From the NCBI GenBank assembly GCA_001600815.1, contig BCKZ01000009.1:522194-586193 (forward strand): 64,000 nucleotides of DNA. Direction: 5' to 3'. The DNA comes from Alloascoidea hylecoeti (taxonomy: Eukaryota). Shown piece by piece: positions 58,855 through 64,000 of this stretch. A program made the position numbers and the translations under genes. The notes under the pieces are model-generated. The model was not told the origin of the DNA, did no database searches, and saw nothing but the letters and a program-made list of their open reading frames with translations. Positions within the stretch are counted from its first letter, which is position 1, and each line of letters begins with the position of its first letter.

Positions 58855-60897
58855 TTAATAACTTCTTCCAAATAAACACCAACAAGTAGCAGGTTTACCA
58901 CTATAAATGTCTAAGGTTCCTTCTGGCAATTCAGGTTGATCAAATGGAACACAAAGAGTCTTGGCTCCCATACTTGGAGCTCTTTCATCTTCTGGCTCAT
59001 CATCAGCTTTTCTTGAAGATTGTTCTTTAATTGCTTCTTCAGTTTCAGTAGTTCCATCCCATGGTGCTAAAATAACATTTTTAGCATTCAAAGCTGGAAC
59101 AAAGTCTTCCCATTTGGTGATCTTTACAGTATGGGTATTGAATTTAGTTTTGGCTGCATCATACAAAGATTTCTGGATTGTTTCTAATAATTCTGGAACT
59201 TTTGTTTCAATCTCAGCGATTGGAATTGAAACTTTAACTCCATTATCACGTCTAACTGCAGTAATTTGGCCAGCCTTTAAATCGTTTGGTCCAAACTCAA
59301 TTCTTAGAGGAACACCCTTTAATTCCCAATCGGAAAACTTCCAACCAGGAGAATAATTGTCACGATAGTCACCTGTGACCCTAACAACTTCGGAGAGTTT
59401 CTGTTCAATGTCTTTAGCACCATCTAAAATATTTTTCCGCTGTTCAGGACTTGTCTTTGCAGTCAAACCACATGGGATGACGACAGCTTGTTGTTGTGCA
59501 ACTCTTGGTGGAATAACTAAACCCTTGTTATCAGAATGAATCATGACCATTACACCAATGACACGAGTAGATAAACCCCATGAATTTTGCCAAATAAAAC
59601 ATTTTGGTTTGTCTGCCCCTTCTGGGTTTTCAACTGAAATGCCAAACATTTTTGAAAAGTTTTGACCAAGACAGTGAGATGTTGCACCTTGAATACCTCT
59701 ACCAGTTGTGGGGATATAACCTTCAACAGTAGTAGTAAACAAGCCACCAGCAAACTTTTCTTTTTCAGTTTTTTTCCCTTTAATAACTGGGACGGCTAGT
59801 AATTCCTCATAGATACCTGCATATAAGTCAAGAATTTGAAGGACTTCTTTGTTAGATTCTTCAAAAGTTAAATGAGCCGTATGGCCTTCCTGCCAAAGAA
59901 ATTCTCTGGTTCTTAAGAATGGTTGTGGATGTTTGAATTCCCATCTCACAACAGAATTCCACTGATTAAGTTTCAGAGGTAAGTCTCTATGAGATCGAAT
60001 CCATTTAGCATAATAAGGGTACATTACAGTTTCAGAAGTTGGTCTAATTGCAATTGGTTCCTCCAATTGAGTTTTACCTGCCCTTGTAACCCAAGCGACT
60101 TCTGGGGCAAAACCTTCAATGTGCTCCTTTTCTCTTTCTAAAACCCTTTCAGATACAAACATGGGGAAATAAGCATTTTGGACACCAAGTTTTTTAATTC
60201 TAAAATCAAACCAGGTCTGGATTTTTTCCCATATAGAATAAGAACCAGGTCTCATAATGTAACAGCCAGAAACATCATAATACTCTAACATTTCACCTTT
60301 TGTGAGAATCTGTTGATACCAGCCTGGAAAATCCAGATGTTTATCGACAGTTATGCCTATCAAAGCGGCACCATCTAGTTTAGCGTTTTTCGACGATGAT
60401 GTAGTAGTGACAGCACTCTTAGCAGGTGCTGGGGTAGCTGCTGCTGCTGGGGCGGAGAAATCAACTGCGATTGTCTCAATTCCTAGAGAACTAATGAACC
60501 CACTTAACTGCTTTGCAGAAAGAACAAGTTTGGCATCAACGGTGGTGAACACATAAGTTGTATCAGCAGAAGTGTTGTTCAAAATATCAGATTCAACAAC
60601 AATTTTAATTTTTCCAGCCAGATCAGCGTTCAAGTTACCAATTGAGAATTGGTCTGGTTTGACACCAAAAAATTCAACCACCAGATCCGCTTTGGCCAAT
60701 CTTGGGTCCTTGACACCAGCTGGCTTGGCAAAAGTATTGGAAGGAGTAGAGGTTGTTTGTTGAGCTATGACTACCAGAGGAATAGTGGAGGCACTCTTGG
60801 CTGTCTTTGGCTTGAAGACAAGCACTTTCACGGGAATGGCTCCTTCTGGTGAGGGGGTGGCAAGAGAGAGGGCCGCAAGGCTTGATTCAACGAACAT
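58855..60897 (-). CDS. Cytoplasmic prolyl-tRNA synthetase with N-terminal YbaK-like extension (YHR020W-like)
   Basis: AIRPTSET, FLRTREFLWQEGH, QGATSH, SWGLSTR, C-terminal LFGRSY. Confidence 0.96.
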   Translation of the reverse strand: MFVESSLAALSLATPSPEGAIPVKVLVFKPKTAKSASTIPLVVIAQQTTSTPSNTFAKPAGVKDPRLAKADLVVEFFGVKPDQFSIGNLNADLAGKIKIVVESDILNNTSADTTYVFTTVDAKLVLSAKQLSGFISSLGIETIAVDFSAPAAAATPAPAKSAVTTTSSSKNAKLDGAALIGITVDKHLDFPGWYQQILTKGEMLEYYDVSGCYIMRPGSYSIWEKIQTWFDFRIKKLGVQNAYFPMFVSERVLEREKEHIEGFAPEVAWVTRAGKTQLEEPIAIRPTSETVMYPYYAKWIRSHRDLPLKLNQWNSVVRWEFKHPQPFLRTREFLWQEGHTAHLTFEESNKEVLQILDLYAGIYEELLAVPVIKGKKTEKEKFAGGLFTTTVEGYIPTTGRGIQGATSHCLGQNFSKMFGISVENPEGADKPKCFIWQNSWGLSTRVIGVMVMIHSDNKGLVIPPRVAQQQAVVIPCGLTAKTSPEQRKNILDGAKDIEQKLSEVVRVTGDYRDNYSPGWKFSDWELKGVPLRIEFGPNDLKAGQITAVRRDNGVKVSIPIAEIETKVPELLETIQKSLYDAAKTKFNTHTVKITKWEDFVPALNAKNVILAPWDGTTETEEAIKEQSSRKADDEPEDERAPSMGAKTLCVPFDQPELPEGTLDIYSGKPATCWCLFGRSY

Positions 60898-60995
60898 TTT
60901 TGATAACAATGGCAGATTATCGAAATAAAATTGAGGTAAAAGGTTAGTTTCAGACCCAAAAAAAAGAGTCGGATCTCTAAAGTTACCCGGATTTG

Positions 60996-61002
60996 TGACT
61001 CA
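60996..61002 (+). promoter_or_regulatory. Gcn4/Cpc1 consensus site TGACTCA in the ProRS-AsnRS bidirectional promoter
   Basis: Exact consensus at the centre of a 199-bp intergenic region. Confidence 0.6.
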
Positions 61003-61096
61003 CTTTTTAGGCATATTTTAAGATCAAAAGATAACAAACTTACCTACTTATATTATATAAGAACAAAAAGTTCACCTTCTTAATTGTCCTGTAAAT

Positions 61097-62746
61097 ATGT
61101 CTACAACTTTCTACGTCAACGATTCTGCTGGTGTGGATGCCACTTCGGCCAATGGTACCAAAGAACAACCTTTTAAAACTCCTGCATACGCTGTTTATAC
61201 CAGTGACCAAGCAAAAATTTTCGTTTACAAAGCTGAAGAAAATGATTATCTAGAAATTTCTGCCTCTGCCCTCAAAAAAGCAAAAAAAGGAGCAGATGGG
61301 TTAAGAAAAAAAGCCGAAAAATCTAAGAAACTTGCTGAAGATAAAGCTAAAAAAGATGCTGAAGATGCTAGGAAAAAGCTCGAAGCACTCAGTATTACAA
61401 TTACTGAGGATCCCTCTTTACCCGAGGCCAAAAGCGTAAAGATAAAACATGTCTCCGAAAACAAATCTACCAGAGTCAAAGTTCATGGTTGGGTTCATCG
61501 TTTTAGATATCAAAAGAACTCTAGTTTTATTGTTCTAAGAGATGGAACTGGATATCTTCAGGTACTCTTAACTGGTGATTTAGCAAATGCTGGTCAGACA
61601 AGTACATTGACTTTGGAGTCTACCATAACTGTTTCTGGTACAATTGTTACTGTCCCTGAAGGTAAATCTGCCCCAGGTGGTGTTGAATTAGTGGCAGATT
61701 ATTATGAAATCGTTGGTCTTGCACCAGGTGGTAAAGATGCCTTCACCAATATCGTCAATGAAGATGCTGACCCATCTTTATTATTAGACCAACGCCATCT
61801 AGTTTTGCGTGGTGAACAGCAATCGGCAATCATGAAGGTCCGTGCTAGTTTACTTCGCTCAATTAGAAAAGTGTATGATGAATTGGATGTTACAGAGGTG
61901 ACACCTCCTTGTATGGTTCAAACACAAGTTGAAGGTGGTTCTACTTTATTTAAACTTGACTATTATGGACAAGAAGCATACTTAACACAATCTTCCCAAC
62001 TTTATCTTGAAACTTGTTTACCAGCTCTTGGTGATGTGTATTGTATTCAAGAATCTTTCAGAGCAGAAAAATCTCATACTAGAAGACATTTAAGTGAATA
62101 TACCCATATTGAGGCTGAATTAGGTTTCCTCACGTTTGATCAATTATTATCGCATATTGAGCATGTCATTGTCAAGACTGTTGAATACATTTTGGCAGAT
62201 CCAGTTGCTGGCCCCTTAGTAAAGGAATTGAATCCTACCTTTAAAGAGCCTTCTTTACCTTTTAAGAGAATGGAATACATTCATGCTCTAGAATGGCTTA
62301 ATGAACATGGCGTCAAAAATGAAGATGGAGAGGAATTCAAATTTGGTGATGATATCGCTGAAAAAGCTGAACGTGAAATGACTGATACGATCGGTGTACC
62401 AATTCTGTTAATGCGTTTCCCATTAGAAATTAAGTCTTTCTATATGAAACGATGTGAGGATGACCCAAGAGTTACCGAATCTGTTGATGTTTTGATGCCT
62501 AATGTCGGTGAAATTACTGGTGGTTCTATGCGTATTTTTGATACAGAAGAATTATTACAAGGTTTCGCAAGAGAAAAGATTGATCCTGCCGCCTACTACT
62601 GGTTTGTTGATCAAAGAAGATACGGAACTTGTCCACACGGTGGTTATGGGCTGGGAACTGAGCGTATTTTAGCGTGGTTGTGTGACCGTTTCACTGTTAG
62701 AGATTGTTCATTATACCCCAGATTCACTGGAAGATGTAAGCCTTAA
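61097..62746 (+). CDS. DED81: Cytoplasmic asparaginyl-tRNA synthetase
   Basis: LRDGTG, YLTQSSQLYLE, FRAEKSHTRRHLSEY, HGGYGLGTER. Confidence 0.97.
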   Translation: MSTTFYVNDSAGVDATSANGTKEQPFKTPAYAVYTSDQAKIFVYKAEENDYLEISASALKKAKKGADGLRKKAEKSKKLAEDKAKKDAEDARKKLEALSITITEDPSLPEAKSVKIKHVSENKSTRVKVHGWVHRFRYQKNSSFIVLRDGTGYLQVLLTGDLANAGQTSTLTLESTITVSGTIVTVPEGKSAPGGVELVADYYEIVGLAPGGKDAFTNIVNEDADPSLLLDQRHLVLRGEQQSAIMKVRASLLRSIRKVYDELDVTEVTPPCMVQTQVEGGSTLFKLDYYGQEAYLTQSSQLYLETCLPALGDVYCIQESFRAEKSHTRRHLSEYTHIEAELGFLTFDQLLSHIEHVIVKTVEYILADPVAGPLVKELNPTFKEPSLPFKRMEYIHALEWLNEHGVKNEDGEEFKFGDDIAEKAEREMTDTIGVPILLMRFPLEIKSFYMKRCEDDPRVTESVDVLMPNVGEITGGSMRIFDTEELLQGFAREKIDPAAYYWFVDQRRYGTCPHGGYGLGTERILAWLCDRFTVRDCSLYPRFTGRCKP

Positions 62747-62875
62747 GTCTCAAGATTATATGGGAGAAGACAGTAGTACTTTTATATAAACTTATAATAA
62801 TTAGATAATTAGAACTTATAAAAAAAGCAGATGCATATTTTCTCTTGGTAAAAACTATATACTCATGATCATATT

Positions 62876-64000
62876 TCAAAATCCAAAACTAAATGCACTC
62901 ATATCGGGTTCCTCAAACATGGTGGGAGGAGGTTTTAATGATTTAACTTGATCTTTTTCTGAATCTCCTGTAATATTTCCTAAAGGATTGGAACCAAAAA
63001 CTGAAGATTTTCTCTGTAATGTTCTAAACTTTCTCTGTAACTCTTGGGCTTCCAACTCACTAATCTCATTATTATCATCAATTTTCTTAATTGGTTTTAT
63101 AAATTCCCAGTTCTTAATCAAATCGAGAGCCAAGAAATCGCAGCCCATTCTATCATAAATACCTGCTACATTAAGCACAGCATTGAATTCTAATTCCTGG
63201 GTGATGGTCTCCTCTTTTAATTTATAGAGAACCTTATCCCTTAAAGTTTTATAAAGCATGATTAAAACAGGATCTGCCTCCAAGAAATATTTGCTAGATC
63301 TGACAGCAGTATAAACCTCAACCTCATCAGGCGAAACAATAAGCGCCCTCACACCAAGTTCGGATTTCCCTAATTTCCAATAAATCCAACTAGTAGTCCA
63401 TCTATCACCGTCAGCAACCGCTTTCTTCAATATGGTATCTTCGAGCAATGATTTAAAACTTTCACTGTCATCACCTCCGTAAACACGAGCAACAGCTACT
63501 GCTAATGGTATATCATTGAGCTGTTTTATTATAACATTAACAGCGTCTTTCAATGACCCTGCTAGCAAAAAGAAACTAGCAGCGTACTCAGGTCGATGCT
63601 TGCTTAATAACACAAATGCATTCTTCAAAGCAGCTGATCTCCATCTTGGTTCTTCAAAATCATTCGCAAGAAATTTAACCATCTTAGCATGTTCTGGATT
63701 CCAACTGCAAGTCTTCCATAAACCTAAAAGAATTGACTTCTTTTTCAAAGCCATGTAAAATAAACTACAGTTTATTGGATCCCGCTTATCATCCATAGTA
63801 AAACTATTCCTTGCTACATTTTCTATCTCAGTTTTCAAAACATTTTCATCGAGCCAATAAGGAAGACCAGATTCCTTTGCAATGGTCCAAGTTAACTTAT
63901 AGTTAGTTGATGTTTTAACAAGGTCAAGCAAAATTTCTTTTGAATTACTGTGGAATGCCCAATTAATGTCTCTCATAGTGACACCAGTTTGTTTTCCTCT
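62876..64000 (-). CDS. RAV1: RAVE complex subunit Rav1, C-terminal part (5' end off window)
   Basis: WAFHS, CSLFYMALKKK, RWRSAALKNAFVLLSKHR, AASFFLLAGSLKDAV. Confidence 0.92.
   Translation of the reverse strand, partial: RGKQTGVTMRDINWAFHSNSKEILLDLVKTSTNYKLTWTIAKESGLPYWLDENVLKTEIENVARNSFTMDDKRDPINCSLFYMALKKKSILLGLWKTCSWNPEHAKMVKFLANDFEEPRWRSAALKNAFVLLSKHRPEYAASFFLLAGSLKDAVNVIIKQLNDIPLAVAVARVYGGDDSESFKSLLEDTILKKAVADGDRWTTSWIYWKLGKSELGVRALIVSPDEVEVYTAVRSSKYFLEADPVLIMLYKTLRDKVLYKLKEETITQELEFNAVLNVAGIYDRMGCDFLALDLIKNWEFIKPIKKIDDNNEISELEAQELQRKFRTLQRKSSVFGSNPLGNITGDSEKDQVKSLKPPPTMFEEPDMSAFSFGF

Noticed and set aside
1..64000. CRISPR arrays, rRNA, intact transposase/retrotransposon, centromere or MAT locus
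   Set aside because: No supporting repeats or motifs seen; eukaryotic housekeeping context

Overview
AT-rich, intron-containing fungal chromosome segment. Gene content and the GTATGT/GTAAGT donors with CTAAC-type branch points point to an early-diverging budding yeast (inference). It holds about 30 housekeeping genes, many as very compact head-to-head pairs: CHL1, a UsgS-like membrane protein, a TFIIIC subunit, AEP3-like PPR, DCD1, PSD1, PKH kinase, RPL27, CCDC174-like, COQ8, HEM15, ALE1, GET4, EST3-like, RML2, ATP5, SUR2, MHR1, CSN8-like, GPHR, PAL1, MRP1, kinesin-5, H2A.Z, OPA3-like, ProRS, AsnRS and RAV1. There are also two pseudogenes (GPM1 fragment, METTL25-like) and two inverted-repeat elements. 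I reconstructed several genes missed or split by the ORF track by hand-splicing. The most notable observations are: (1) a consensus B-box about 95 bp upstream of the TFIIIC subunit gene, a candidate autoregulatory extra-TFIIIC site; (2) sharp GC peaks centred on divergent promoters, with steep within-gene GC decay; (3) a hidden intron-split Est3/TPP1-like telomerase gene with no frameshift; (4) a 5-nt micro-exon inside the Chl1 Walker A motif; (5) chains of perfect short palindromes in the intergenic DNA. All family assignments come from recalled motifs, not from database searches.
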